Source of the DNA: Bugula neritina
Lineage: Eukaryota > Animalia > Bryozoa
Direction of reading: 5' to 3'
NCBI GenBank assembly: GCA_964035545.1
Contig: OZ037765.1
Span: 1-64,000 of the forward strand
DNA: 64,000 bases
This document shows positions 18,001-36,000 of this stretch, piece after piece (position 1 is the first letter of the stretch; each line of letters begins with the position of its first letter). A model generated the notes under the pieces. That model was not told the origin of the DNA. It ran no database searches and worked only from the letters and a program-made list of their open reading frames with translations. Position numbers and translations under genes: made by a program.

Positions 18001-21000
18001 ATAATATAATAGAGAGTATAAACTATATAATATAATAGAGAGTATATACTATATAATATAATAGAGAATATAAACTATACAATATAATAGAGAGTATAAA
18101 CTATATAATATAATAGAGAATATAAACTATATAATATAATAGAGAGTATAAACTATATAATATAATAGAGAATATAAACTATATAATATAATAGAGAATA
18201 TAAACTATATAATATAATAGAGAATATATACTATATAATATAATAGAGAATATAAACTATATAATATAATAGAGAATATAAACTATATAATATAATAGAG
18301 AATATAAACTATATAATATAATAGAGAATATAAACTATATAATATAATAGAGAATATAAACTATATAATATAATAGAGAATATAAACTATATAATATAAT
18401 AGAGAGTATAAACTATATAATATAATAGAGAATATAAACTATATAATATAATAGAGAATATATACTATATAATATAATAGAGAATATAAACTATATAATA
18501 TAATAGAGAATATAAACTATATAGTATAATAGAGAATATAAACTATATAATATATTAGAGAGTATAAACTATATAATATAATAGAGAATATAAACTATAT
18601 AATATAATAGAGAATATATACTATATAATATAATAGAGAATATAAACTATATAATATAATAGAGAATATAAACTATATAATATAATAGAGAATATAAACT
18701 ATATAATATAATAGAGAATATAAACTATATAATATAATAGAGAATATATACTATATAATATAATAGAGAATATAAACTATATAATATAATAGAGAATATA
18801 TACTATATAATATAATAGAGAATATAAACTATATAATATAATAGAGAATATAAACTATATAGTATAATAGAGAATATAAACTATATAATATATTAGAGAG
18901 TATATACTATATAATATAATAGAGAGTATAAACTATATAATATAATAGAGTATATATACTATATAATATAATAGAGAATATAAACTATATAATATAATAG
19001 AGAGTATAAACTATATAATATAATAGAGAATATAAACTATATAATATAATAGAGAGTATATACTATATAATATAATAGAGAATATAAACTATACAATATA
19101 ATAGAGAATATAAACTATATAGTATAATAGAGAATATATACTATATAATATAATAGAGAGTATAAACTATATAATATAATAGAGAATATAAACTATATAG
19201 TATAATAGAGAATATATACTATATAATATAATAGAGAGTATAAACTATATAATATAATAGAGAATATAAACTATATAATATAATAGAGAATATAGACTAT
19301 ATAATATAATAGAGAATATAAACTATATAATATAATAGAGAGTATAAACTATACAATATAATAGAGAATATATACTATACAATATAATAGAGAATATAAA
19401 CTATATAATATAATAGAGAATATATACTATATAATATAATAGAGAATATAAACTATATAATATAATAGAGAGTATATACTATATAATATAATAGAGAATA
19501 TAAACTATATAATATAATAGAGAATATAAACTATATAATATAATAGAGAATATAAACAATATAATATAATAGAGAATATAAACTATATAGTATAATAGAG
19601 AATATATACTATATAATATAATAGAGAGTATAAACTATATAATATAATAGAGAATATAAACTATATAATATAATAGAGAATATAGACTATATAATATAAT
19701 AGAGAATATATACTATATAATATAATAGAGAATATAAACTATATAATATAATAGAGAGTATAAACTATATAATATAATAGAGAATATAAACTATATAATA
19801 TAATAGAGAATATAAACTATATAATATAATAGAGAATATAAACTATATAATATAATAGAGAGTATAAACTATACAATATAATAGAGAATATATACTATAC
19901 AATATAATAGAGAATATAAACTATATAATATAATAGAGAATATATACTATATAATATAATAGAGAATATAAACTATATAATATAATAGAGAGTATATACT
20001 ATATAATATAATAGAGAATATAAACTATATAATATAATAGAGAATATAAACTATATAATATAATAGAGAATATAAACAATATAGTATAATAGAGAATATA
20101 AACTATATAATATAATAGAGAATATAAACTATATAATATAATAGAGAGTATATACTATATAATATAATAGAGAATATAAACTATATAATATAATAGAGTA
20201 TATAAACTATATAATATAATAGAGAGTATATACTATATAATATAATAGAGAGTATAAACTATACAATATAATAGAGAATATAAACTATATAATATAATAG
20301 AGAATATAAACTATATAATATAATAGAGAGTATAAACTATACAATATAATAGAGAGTATAAACTATATAATATAATAGAGAATATAAACTATATAATATA
20401 ATAGAGAGTATATACTATATAATATAATAGAGAATATAAACTATATAGTATAATAGAGAATATAAACTATATAATATAATAGAGAATATAAACTATATAA
20501 TATAATAGAGAATATAAACTATATAATATAATAGAGAGTATAAACTATATAATATAATAGAGAGTATAAACTATATAATATAATAGAGAATATAAACTAT
20601 ATAATATAATAGAGAGTATAAACTATATAGTATAATAGAGAATATAAACTATATAATATAATAGAGAATATACTATATAATATAATAGAGAATATAAACT
20701 ATATAATATAATAGAGAATATAAACTATATAATATAATAGAGTATATACTATATAATATAATAGAGAATATAAACTATATAATATAATAGAGAGTATAAA
20801 CTATATAGTATAATAGAGAATATAAACTATATAATATAATAGAGAATATAAACTATATAATATAATAGAAAATATAAACTATATAATATAATAGAGAGTA
20901 TAAACTATATAATATAATAGAGAGTATAAACTATATAATATAATAGAGAATATAAACTATATAATATAATAGAGAGTATAAACTATATAGTATAATAGAG

Positions 21001-24000
21001 AATATAAACTATATAATATAATAGAGAATATAAACTATATAATATAATAGAGAATATAAACTATATAATATAATAGAGAATATAAACTATATAATATAAT
21101 AGAGAGTATAAACTATATAATATAATAGAGAGTATAAACTATATAATATAATAGAGAATATAAACTATATAATATAATAGAGAGTATAAACTATATAGTA
21201 TAATAGAGAATATAAACTATATAATATAATAGAGAATATACTATATAATATAATAGAGAATATAAACTATATAATATAATAGAGAATATAAACTATATAA
21301 TATAATAGAGTATATACTATATAATATAATAGAGAATATAAACTATATAATATAATAGAGAGTATAAACTATATAGTATAATAGAGAATATAAACTATAT
21401 AATATAATAGAGAATATAAACTATATAATATAATAGAGAATATAAACTATATAATATAATAGAGAGTATAAACTATATAGTATAATAGAGAATATAAACT
21501 ATATAATATAATAGAGAATATAAACTATATAATATAATAGAGAGTATAAACTATATAGTATAATAGAGAATATAAACTATATAATATAATAGAGAATATA
21601 AACTATATAATATAATAGAGAATATAAACTATATAATATAATAGAGAATATAAACTATATAATATAATAGAGTATATACTATATAATATAATAGAGAATA
21701 TAAACTATATAGTATAATAGAGAATATAAACTATATAATATAATAGAGAATATAAACTATATAATATAATAGAGAATATAAACTATATAATATAATAGAG
21801 AATATATACTATACAATATAATAGAGAATATAAACTATATAATATAATAGAGAATATAAACTATATAATATAATAGAGAGTATAAACTATATAATATAAT
21901 AGAGAGTATAAACTATATAGTATAATAGAGAATATAAACTATATAATATAATAGAGAATATATACTATATAATATAATAGAGAATATAAACTATATAATA
22001 TAATAGAGAATATAAACTATACAATATAATAGAGAGTATAAACTATACAATATAATAGAGAATATAAACTATATAATATAATAGAGAATATAAACTATAT
22101 AATATAATAGAGAATATATACTATATAATATAATAGATAATATAAACTATATAATATAATAGAGAATATAAACTATATAATATAATAGAGAATATAAACT
22201 ATATAATATAATATAGAATATAAACTATATAATATAATAGAGAATATAAACTATATAATATAATAGAGAATATAAACTATATAATATAATAGAGAATATA
22301 AACTATATAATATAATAGAGAATATAAACTATATAATATAATAGAGAATATAAACTATATAATATAATATGGAATATAAACTATATAATATAATAGAGAA
22401 TATAAACTATATAATATAATAGAGAGTATAAACTATATAATATAATAGAGAGTATAAACTATATAATATAATAGATAATATAAACTATATAATATAATAG
22501 AGAGTATAAACTATATAATATAATAGAGAGTATAAACTATATAATATAATAGAGAATATAAACTATATAATATAATAGAGAGTATAAACTATACAATATA
22601 ATAGAGAATATAAACTATATAATATAATAGAGAGTATAAACTATATAATATAATAGAGAATATATACTATATAATATAATAGAGAATATAAACTATATAG
22701 TATAATAGAGAATATAAACTATAATATAATAGAGAGTATATACTATATAACATAATAGAGAATATAAACTATATAATATAATAGAGAATATAAACTATAT
22801 AATATAATATAGAATATAAACTATATAATATAATAGAGAATATAAACTATATAATATAATAGAGAATATAAACTATATAATATAATAGAGAATATAAACT
22901 ATATAATATAATAGAGAATATAAACTATATAATATAATAGAGAATATAAACTATATAATATAATAGAGAATATAAACTATATAATATAATAGAGAATATA
23001 AACTATATAATATAATAGAGAGTATAAACTATATAATATAATAGAGAGTATAAACTATATAATATAATAGAGAATATAAACTATATAATATAATAGAGAA
23101 TATAAACTATATAATATAATAGAGTATAAACTATACAATATAATAGAGAATATAAACTATATAATATAATAGAGAGTATAAACTATATAATATAATAGAG
23201 AGTATAAACTATATAATATAATAGAGAATATAAACTATATAATATAATAGAGAATATAAACTATATAACATAATAGAGAATATAAACTATATAATATAAT
23301 AGAGAGTATAAACTATATAGTATAATAGAGAATATAAACTATATAATATAATAGAGAGTATAAACTATATAATATAATAGAGTATAAACTATATAATATA
23401 ATAGAGAATATAAACTATATAGTATAATAGAGAATATAAACTATATAATATAATAGAGAATATAAACTATATAATATAATAGAGTATATACTATATAATA
23501 TAATAGAGAATATAAACTATATAGTATAATAGAGAATATAAACTATATAATATAATAGAGAATATAAACTATACAATATAATAGAGTATATACTATATAA
23601 TATAATAGAGAATATAAACTATATAAAATAATAGAGAGTATATACTATATAATATAATAGAGAATATAAACTATATAATATAATAGAGAGTATAAACTAT
23701 ACAATATAATAGAGAGTATAAACTATATAATATAATAGAGAATATAAACTATATAATATAATAGAGAGTATATACTATATAATATAATAGAGAATATAAA
23801 CTATATAATATAATAGAGAATATATACTATATAATATAATAGAGAATATAAACTATATAGTATAATAGAGAATATAAACTATAATATAATAGAGAGTATA
23901 TACTATATAATATAATAGAGAATATAAACTATATAATATAATAGAGAATATAAACTATATAATATAATATAGAATATAAACTATATAATATAATAGAGAA

Positions 24001-27000
24001 TATAAACTATATAATATAATAGAGAATATAAACTATATAATATAATAGAGAATATAAACTATATAATATAATAGAGAATATAAACTATATAATATAATAG
24101 AGAATATAAACTATATAATATAATAGAGAGTATAAACTATATAATATAATAGAGAATATATACTATATAATATAATAGAGAGTATAAACTATATAATATA
24201 ATAGAGAATATAAACTATATAATATAATAGAGAGTATAAACTATATAATATAATAGAGAATATAAACTATATAATATAATAGAGAGTATAAACTATATAG
24301 TATAATAGAGAATATAAACTATATAATATAATAGAGAGTATAAACTATATAATATAATAGAGTATAAACTATATAATATAATAGAGAATATAAACTATAT
24401 AGTATAATAGAGAATATAAACTATATAATATAATAGAGAATATAAACTATATAATATAATAGAGTATATACTATATAATATAATAGAGAATATAAACTAT
24501 ATAGTATAATAGAGAATATAAACTATATAATATAATAGAGAATATAAACTATACAATATAATAGAGTATATACTATATAATATAATAGAGAATATAAACT
24601 ATATAATATAATAGAGAGTATACACTATATAATATAATAGAGAATATAAACTATATAATATAATAGAGAGTATAAACTATACAATATAATAGAGAGTATA
24701 AACTATATAATATAATAGAGAATATAAACTATATAATATAATAGAGAGTATATACTATATAATATAATAGAGAATATAAACTATATAATATAATAGAGAG
24801 TATATACTATATAATATAATAGAGAATATAAACTATATAATATAATAGAGTATATAAACTATATAATATAATAGAGAGTATATACTATATAATATAATAG
24901 AGAGTATAAACTATACAATATAATAGAGAATATAAACTATACAATATAATAGAGAGTATAAACTATATAATATAATAGAGAATATAAACTATATAATATA
25001 ATAGAGAGTATAAACTATATAATATAATAGAGAGTATAAACTATACAATATAATAGAGAATATAAACTATATAATATAATAGAGAATATGAACTATATAA
25101 TATAATAGAGTATAAACTATACAATATAATAGAGAATATAAACAATATAGTATAATAGAGAATATAAACTATACAATATAATAGAGAATATAAACTATAT
25201 AATATAATAGAGAATATATACTATATAATATAATAGAGAATATAAACTATATAATATAATAGAGAATATAAACAATATAGTATAATAGAGAATATAAACT
25301 ATACAATATAATAGAGAATATAAACTATATAATATAATAGAGAATATATACTATATAATATAATAGAGAATATAAACTATATAATATAATAGAGAATATA
25401 AACTATACAATATAATAGAGAATATAAACTATATAATATAATAGAGAATATATACTATATAATATAATAGAGAATATAAACTATATAATATAATAGAGAG
25501 TATAAACTATATAATATAATAGAGAATATAAACTATATAATATAATAGAGAGTATAAACTATACAATATAATAGAGAGTATAAACTATATAATATAATAG
25601 AGAATATAAACTATATAGTATAATAGAGAATATAAACTATATAATATAATAGAGAATATAAACTATATAATATAATAGAGAGTATAAACTATATAATATA
25701 ATAGAGAGTATAAACTATATAATATAATAGAGAATATAAACTATATAATATAATAGAGAGTATAAACTATATAGTATAATAGAGAATATAAACTATATAA
25801 TATAATAGAGAATATAAACTATATAATATAATAGAGAATATAAACTATATAATATAATAGAGAGTATAAACTATATAATATAATAGAGAGTATAAACTAT
25901 ATAATATAATAGAGAATATAAACTATATAATATAATAGAGAGTATAAACTATATAATATAATAGAGAATATAAACTATATAATATAATAGAGAGTATAAA
26001 CTATATAATATAATAGAGTATAAACTATATAATATAATAGAGAATATAAACTATATAGTATAATAGAGAATATAAACTATATAATATAATAGAGAATATA
26101 AACTATATAATATAATAGAGTATATACTATATAATATAATAGAGAATATAAACTATATAATATAATAGAGAATATAAACTATATAATATAATAGAGAATA
26201 TAAACTATATAATATAATAGAGAATATAAACTATATAATATAATAGAGAATATATACTATATAATATAATAGAGAATATAAACTATATAATATAATAGAG
26301 AGTATAAACTATACAATATAATAGAGAATATGAACTATATAATATAATAGATAATATATACTATATAATATAATAGAGAATATAAACTATATAATATAAT
26401 AGAGAATATAAACTATATAATATAATAGAGAATATAAACTATATAATATAATAGAGAATATAAACTATATAATATAATAGAGAGTATAAACTATATAATA
26501 TAATAGAGAATATAAACTATATAATATAATAGAGAATATAAACTATATAATATAATAGAGAATATAAACTATATAATATAATAGAGAATATAAACTATAC
26601 AATATAATAGAGAATATAAACTATATAATATAATAGAGAATATAAACTATATAATATAATAGAGAATATAAACTATATAGTATAATAGAGAGTATAAACT
26701 ATACAATATAATAGAGAATATAAACTATAATATAATAGAGAATATAAACTATATAATATAATAGCGAATATAAACTATATAATATAATAGAGAGTATAAA
26801 CTATACAATATAATAGAGAATATATACTATACAATATAATAGAGAATATAAACTATATAATATAATAGAGAATATATACTATATAATATAATAGAGAATA
26901 TATACTATATAATATAATAGAGAATATATACTATATAATATAATAGAGAATATAAACTATATAATATAATAGAGAATATAAACTATATAGTATAATAGAG

Positions 27001-30000
27001 AATATAAACTATATAATATAATAGAGAATATAAACTATGTAGTATAATAGAGAATATAAACTATATAATATAATAGAGAATATAAACTATATAATATAAT
27101 AGAGAATATAAACTATACAATATAATAGAGAATATAAACTATACAATATAATAGAGAATATAAACTATAATATAATAGAGAATATAAACTATATAATATA
27201 ATAGAGAATATAAACTATATAATATAATAGAGAATATAAACTATATAATATAATAGAGAATATAAACTATATAATATAATAGAGAATATAAACTATATAA
27301 TATAATAGAGAATATAAACCATATAATATAATAGAGAATATATACTATATAATATAATAGAGAATATAAACTATATAATATAATAGAGAATATATACTAT
27401 ATAATATAATAGAGAATATAAACTATACAATATAATAGAGAATATAAACTATACAATATAATAGAGAATATAAACTATATAATATAATAGAGAATATAAA
27501 CTATATAATATAATAGAGAATATAAACTATATAATATAATAGAGAATATAAACTATATAATATAATAGAGAATATAAACTATATAATATAATAGAGAATA
27601 TAAACTATATAATATAATAGAGAATATAAACTATATAATATAATAGAGAATATAAACTATATAGTATAATAGAGAATATAAACTATATAATATAATAGAG
27701 AATATAAACTATATAATATAATAGAGAATATAAACTATATAATATAATAGAGAATATAAACTATATAATATAATAGATAATATAAACTATATAATATAAT
27801 AGAGAATATAAACTATATAATGTAATAGAGAATATAAACTATATAATATAATAGAGAATATAAACTATATAATATAATAGAGAATATAAACTATATAATA
27901 TAATAGAGAATATAAACTATATAATATAATAGAGAATATATACTATACAATATAATAGAGAGTATAAACTATACAATATAATAGAGAGTATATACTATAC
28001 AATATAATAGAGAGTATAAACTATATAATATAATAGAGAATATAAACTATATAATATAATAGAGAATATAAACTATACAATATAATAGAGAATATAAACT
28101 ATATAGTATAATAGAGAATATAAACTATATAATATAATAGAGAGTATAAACTATATAATATAATAGAGAATATAAACTATATAATATAATAGAGAGTATA
28201 AACTATATAATATAATAGAGAATATAAACTATACAATATAATAGAGAGTATAAACTATATAATATAATAGAGAGTATAAACTATATAATATAATAGAGAA
28301 TATAAACTATATAATATAATAGAGAATATAAACTATATAATATAATAGAGAGTATAAACTATATAATATAATAGAGAATGTAAACTATATAATATAATAG
28401 AGAATATAAACTATATAATATAATAGAGAATATAAACTATATAATATAATAGAGAATATAAACTATAATATAATAGAGAATATAAACTATATAATATAAT
28501 AGAGTATATACTATATAATATAATAGAGAATATAAACTATATAATATAATAGAGAGTATAAACTATATAATATAATAGAGAATATAAACTATATAATATA
28601 ATAGAGAATATAAACTATATAATATAATAGAGAATATAAACTATATAATATAATAGAGAGTATATACTATATAATATAATAGAGAATATAAACTATATAA
28701 TATAATAGAGAATATAAACTATATAATATAATAGAGAGTATAAACTATATAATATAATAGAGAATATATACTATATAATATAATAGAGAGTATAAACTAT
28801 ATAATATAATAGAGAATATAAACTATATAATATAATAGAGAATATAAACTATAATATAATAGAGAATATAAACTATAATATAATAGAGAATATAAACTAT
28901 ATAATATAATAGAGAATATAAACTATATAATATAATAGAGAATATAAACTATATAATATAATAGAGAGTATAAACTATATAATATAATAGAGAATATAAA
29001 CTATATAATATAATAGAGAGTATAAACTATATAATATAATAGAGAATATAAACTATATAATATAATAGAGAATATAAACTATATAATATAATAGAGAATA
29101 TAAACTATATAATATAATAGAGAATATATACTATATAATATAATAGAGAATATAAACTATATAATATAATAGAGAATATAAACTATATAATTTAATAGAA
29201 TATAAACTATATAGTATAATAGAGAGTATAAACTATATAATATAATAGAGAATATAAACTATATAATATAATAGAGAATATAAACTATATAATATAATAG
29301 AGAATATATACTATATAATATAATAGAGAATATAAACTATATAATATAATAGAGAATATAAACTATATAATATAATAGAATATAAACTATATAGTATAAT
29401 AGAGAATATAAACTATACAATATAATAGAGAATATAAACTATACAATATAATAGAGAATATATACTATATAATATAATAGAGAGTATAAACTATATAATA
29501 TAATAGAGAATATATACTACATAATATAATAGAGAATATAAACTATATAATATAATAGAGAATATAAACTATATAATATAATAGAGAATATAAACTATAT
29601 AATATAATAGAGAATATAAACTATACAATATAATAGAGAATATATACTATATAATATAATAGAGAATATAAACTATATAATATAATAGAGAATATATACT
29701 ATATAATATAATAGAGAGTATAAACTATATAATATAATAGAGAATATATACTATATAATATAATAAAGAATATAAACTATATAATATAATAGAGAATATA
29801 AACTATAATATAATAGAGAATATAAACTATAATATAATAGAGAATATATACTATATAATATAATAGAGAATATAAACTATATAATATAATAGAGAGTATA
29901 TACTATATAATATAATAGAGAATATAAACTATATAATATAATAGAGAATATAAACTATATAATATAATAGAGAATATAAACTATATAATATAATAGAGAA

Positions 30001-33000
30001 TATAAACTATATAATATAATAGAGAATATAAACTATATAATATAATAGAGAATATAAACTATATAGTATAATAGAGAATATAAACTATATAATATAATAG
30101 AGAATATAAACTATATAATATAATAGAGAATATAAACTATATAATATAATAGAGAATATAAACTATATAATATAATAGATAATATAAACTATATAATATA
30201 ATAGAGAATATAAACTATATAATGTAATAGAGAATATAAACTATATAATATAATAGAGAATATAAACTATATAATATAATAGAGAATATAAACTATATAA
30301 TATAATAGAGAATATAAACTATATAATATAATAGAGAATATATACTATATAATATAATAGAGAGTATAAACTATACAATATAATAGAGAGTATATACTAT
30401 ACAATATAATAGAGAGTATAAACTATATAATATAATAGAGAATATAAACTATATAATATAATAGAGAATATAAACTATACAATATAATAGAGAATATAAA
30501 CTATATAGTATAATAGAGAATATAAACTATATAATATAATAGAGAATATAAACTATACAATATAATAGAGAGTATAAACTATATAATATAATAGAGAGTA
30601 TAAACTATATAATATAATAGAGAATATAAACTATATAATATAATAGAGAATATAAACTATATAATATAATAGAGAGTATAAACTATATAATATAATAGAG
30701 AATATATACTATATAATATAATAAAGAATATAAACTATATAATATAATAGAGAATATAAACTATAATATAATAGAGAATATAAACTATAATATAATAGAG
30801 AATATAAACTATATAATATAATAGAGAATATAAACTATATAATATAATAGAGAATATAAACTATATAATATAATAGAGAGTATATACTATATAATATAAT
30901 AGAGAATATAAACTATATAATATAATAGAGAATATAAACTATGTAATATAATAGAGAGTATAAACTATATAATATAATAGAGAATATATACTATATAATA
31001 TAATAGAGAGTATAAACTATATAATATAATAGAGAATATAAACTATATAATATAATAGAGAGTATAAACTATATAATATAATAGAGAATATAAACTATAT
31101 AATATAATAGAGAATATAAACTATAATATAATAGAGAATATAAACTATAATATAATAGAGAATATAAACTATATAATAGAATAGAGAATATAAACTATAT
31201 AATATAATAGAGAATATAAACTATATAATATAATAGAGAGTATAAACTATATAATATAATAGAGAATATAAACTATATAATATAATAGAGAGTATAAACT
31301 ATATAATATAATAGAGAATATAAACTATATAATATAATAGAGAATATAAACTATATAATATAATAGAGAATATAAACTATATAGTATAATAGAGAATATA
31401 TACTATATAATATAATAGAGAATATAAACTATATAATATAATAGAGAATATAAACTATATAATATAATAGAATATAAACTATATAGTATAATAGAGAGTA
31501 TAAACTATATAATATAATAGAGAATATAAACTATATAATATAATAGAGAATATAAACTATATAATATAATAGAGAATATATACTATATAATATAATAGAG
31601 AATATAAACTATATAATATAATAGAGAATATAAACTATATAATATAATAGAATATAAACTATATAGTATAATAGAGAATATAAACTATACAATATAATAG
31701 AGAATATAAACTATACAATATAATAGAGAATATATACTATATAATATAATAGAGAGTATAAACTATATAATATAATAGAGAATATATACTACATAATATA
31801 ATAGAGAATATAAACTATATAATATAATAGAGAATATAAACTATATAATATAATAGAGAATATAAACTATATAATATAATAGAGAATATAAACTATACAA
31901 TATAATAGAGAATATATACTATATAATATAATAGAGAATATAAACTATATAATATAATAGAGAATATATACTATATAATATAATAGAGAGTATAAACTAT
32001 ATAATATAATAGAGAATATAAACTATATAATATAATAGAGAATATAAACTATAATATAATAGAGAATATAAACTATAATATAATAGAGAATATAAACTAT
32101 ATAATATAATAGAGAATATAAACTATATAATATAATAGAGAATATAAACTATATAATATAATAGAGAGTATAAACTATATAATATAATAGAGAATATAAA
32201 CTATATAATATAATAGAGAGTATAAACTATATAATATAATAGAGAATGTAAACTATATAATATAATAGAGAATATAAACTATATAATATAATAGAGAATA
32301 TAAACTATATAATATAATAGAGAATATATACTATATAATATAATAGAGAATATAAACTATATAATATAATAGAGAATATAAACTATATAATTTAATAGAA
32401 TATAAACTATATAGTATAATAGAGAGTATAAACTATATAATATAATAGAGAATATAAACTATATAATATAATAGAGAATATAAACTATATAATATAATAG
32501 AGAATATATACTATATAATATAATAGAGAATATAAACTATATAATATAATAGAGAATATAAACTATATAATATAATAGAATATAAACTATATAGTATAAT
32601 AGAGAATATAAACTATACAATATAATAGAGAATATAAACTATACAATATAATAGAGAATATATACTATATAATATAATAGAGAGTATAAACTATATAATA
32701 TAATAGAGAATATATACTACATAATATAATAGAGAATATAAACTATATAATATAATAGAGAATATAAACTATATAATATAATAGAGAATATAAACTATAT
32801 AATATAATAGAGAATATAAACTATACAATATAATAGAGAATATATACTATATAATATAATAGAGAATATAAACTATATAATATAATAGAGAATATATACT
32901 ATATAATATAATAGAGAGTATAAACTATATAATATAATAGAGAATATATACTATATAATATAATAAAGAATATAAACTATATAATATAATAGAGAATATA

Positions 33001-36000
33001 AACTATAATATAATAGAGAATATAAACTATAATATAATAGAGAATATATACTATATAATATAATAGAGAATATAAACTATATAATATAATAGAGAGTATA
33101 TACTATATAATATAATAGAGAATATAAACTATATAATATAATAGAGAATATAAACTATATAATATAATAGAGAATATAAACTATATAATATAATAGAGAA
33201 TATAAACTATATAATATAATAGAGAATATAAACTATATAATATAATAGAGAATATAAACTATATAGTATAATAGAGAATATAAACTATATAATATAATAG
33301 AGAATATAAACTATATAATATAATAGAGAATATAAACTATATAATATAATAGAGAATATAAACTATATAATATAATAGATAATATAAACTATATAATATA
33401 ATAGAGAATATAAACTATATAATGTAATAGAGAATATAAACTATATAATATAATAGAGAATATAAACTATATAATATAATAGAGAATATAAACTATATAA
33501 TATAATAGAGAATATAAACTATATAATATAATAGAGAATATATACTATATAATATAATAGAGAGTATAAACTATACAATATAATAGAGAGTATATACTAT
33601 ACAATATAATAGAGAGTATAAACTATATAATATAATAGAGAATATAAACTATATAATATAATAGAGAATATAAACTATACAATATAATAGAGAATATAAA
33701 CTATATAGTATAATAGAGAATATAAACTATATAATATAATAGAGAATATAAACTATACAATATAATAGAGAGTATAAACTATATAATATAATAGAGAGTA
33801 TAAACTATATAATATAATAGAGAATATAAACTATATAATATAATAGAGAATATAAACTATATAATATAATAGAGAGTATAAACTATATAATATAATAGAG
33901 AATATATACTATATAATATAATAAAGAATATAAACTATATAATATAATAGAGAATATAAACTATAATATAATAGAGAATATAAACTATAATATAATAGAG
34001 AATATAAACTATATAATATAATAGAGAATATAAACTATATAATATAATAGAGAATATAAACTATATAATATAATAGAGAGTATATACTATATAATATAAT
34101 AGAGAATATAAACTATATAATATAATAGAGAATATAAACTATGTAATATAATAGAGTATAAACTATATAATATAATAGAGAATATATACTATATAATATA
34201 ATAGAGAGTATAAACTATATAATATAATAGAGAATATAAACTATATAATATAATAGAGAATATAAACTATAATATAATAGAGAATATAAACTATAATATA
34301 ATAGAGAATATAAACTATATAATATAATAGAGAATATAAACTATATAATATAATAGAGAATATAAACTATATAATATAATAGAGAGTATAAACTATATAA
34401 TATAATAGAGAATATAAACTATATAATATAATAGAGAGTATAAACTATATAATATAATAGAGAATATAAACTATATAATATAATAGAGAATATAAACTAT
34501 ATAATATAATAGAGAATATAAACTATATAATATAATAGAGAATATATACTATATAATATAATAGAGAATATAAACTATATAATATAATAGAGAATATAAA
34601 CTATATAATATAATAGAATATAAACTATATAGTATAATAGAGAGTATAAACTATATAATATAATAGAGAATATAAACTATATAATATAATAGAGAATATA
34701 AACTATATAATATAATAGAGAATATATACTATATAATATAATAGAGAATATAAACTATATAATATAATAGAGAATATAAACTATATAATATAATAGAATA
34801 TAAACTATATAGTATAATAGAGAATATAAACTATACAATATAATAGAGAATATAAACTATACAATATAATAGAGAATATATACTATATAATATAATAGAG
34901 AGTATAAACTATATAATATAATAGAGAATATATACTACATAATATAATAGAGAATATAAACTATATAATATAATAGAGAATATAAACTATATAATATAAT
35001 AGAGAATATAAACTATATAATATAATAGAGAATATAAACTATACAATATAATAGAGAATATATACTATATAATATAATAGAGAATATAAACTATATAATA
35101 TAATAGAGAATATATACTATATAATATAATAGAGAGTATAAACTATATAATATAATAGAGAATATATACTATATAATATAATAAAGAATATAAACTATAT
35201 AATATAATAGAGAATATAAACTATAATATAATAGAGAATATAAACTATAATATAATAGAGAATATATACTATATAATATAATAGAGAATATAAACTATAT
35301 AATATAATAGAGAGTATATACTATATAATATAATAGAGAATATAAACTATATAATATAATAGAGAATATATACTATATAATATAATAGAGAATATAAACT
35401 ATATAATATAATAGAGAATATAAACTATATAATATAATAGAGAGTATAAACTATATAATATAATAGAGAATATAAACTATATAATATAATAGAATATAAA
35501 CTATATAGTATAATAGAGAATATAAACTATATAATATAATAGAGAATATAAACTATATAATATAATAGAGAATATAAACTATATAATATAATAGAGAATA
35601 TATACTATATAATATAATAGAGAATATAAACTATATAATATAATAGAATATAAACTATATAATATAATAGAGAATATATACTATATAATATAATAGAGAA
35701 TATAAACTATATAATATAATAGAGAATATAAACTATATAATATAATAGAGAGTATAAACTATATAATATAATAGAGAATATAAACTATATAATATAATAG
35801 AGAGTATAAACTATATAATATAATAGAGAATATATACTATACAATATAATAGAGAATATAAACTATATAATATAATAGAGAATATATACTATATAATATA
35901 ATAGAGAGTATAAACTATATAATATAATAGAGAATATATACTATATAATATAATAAAGAATATAAACTATATAATATAATAGAGAATATAAACTATAATA

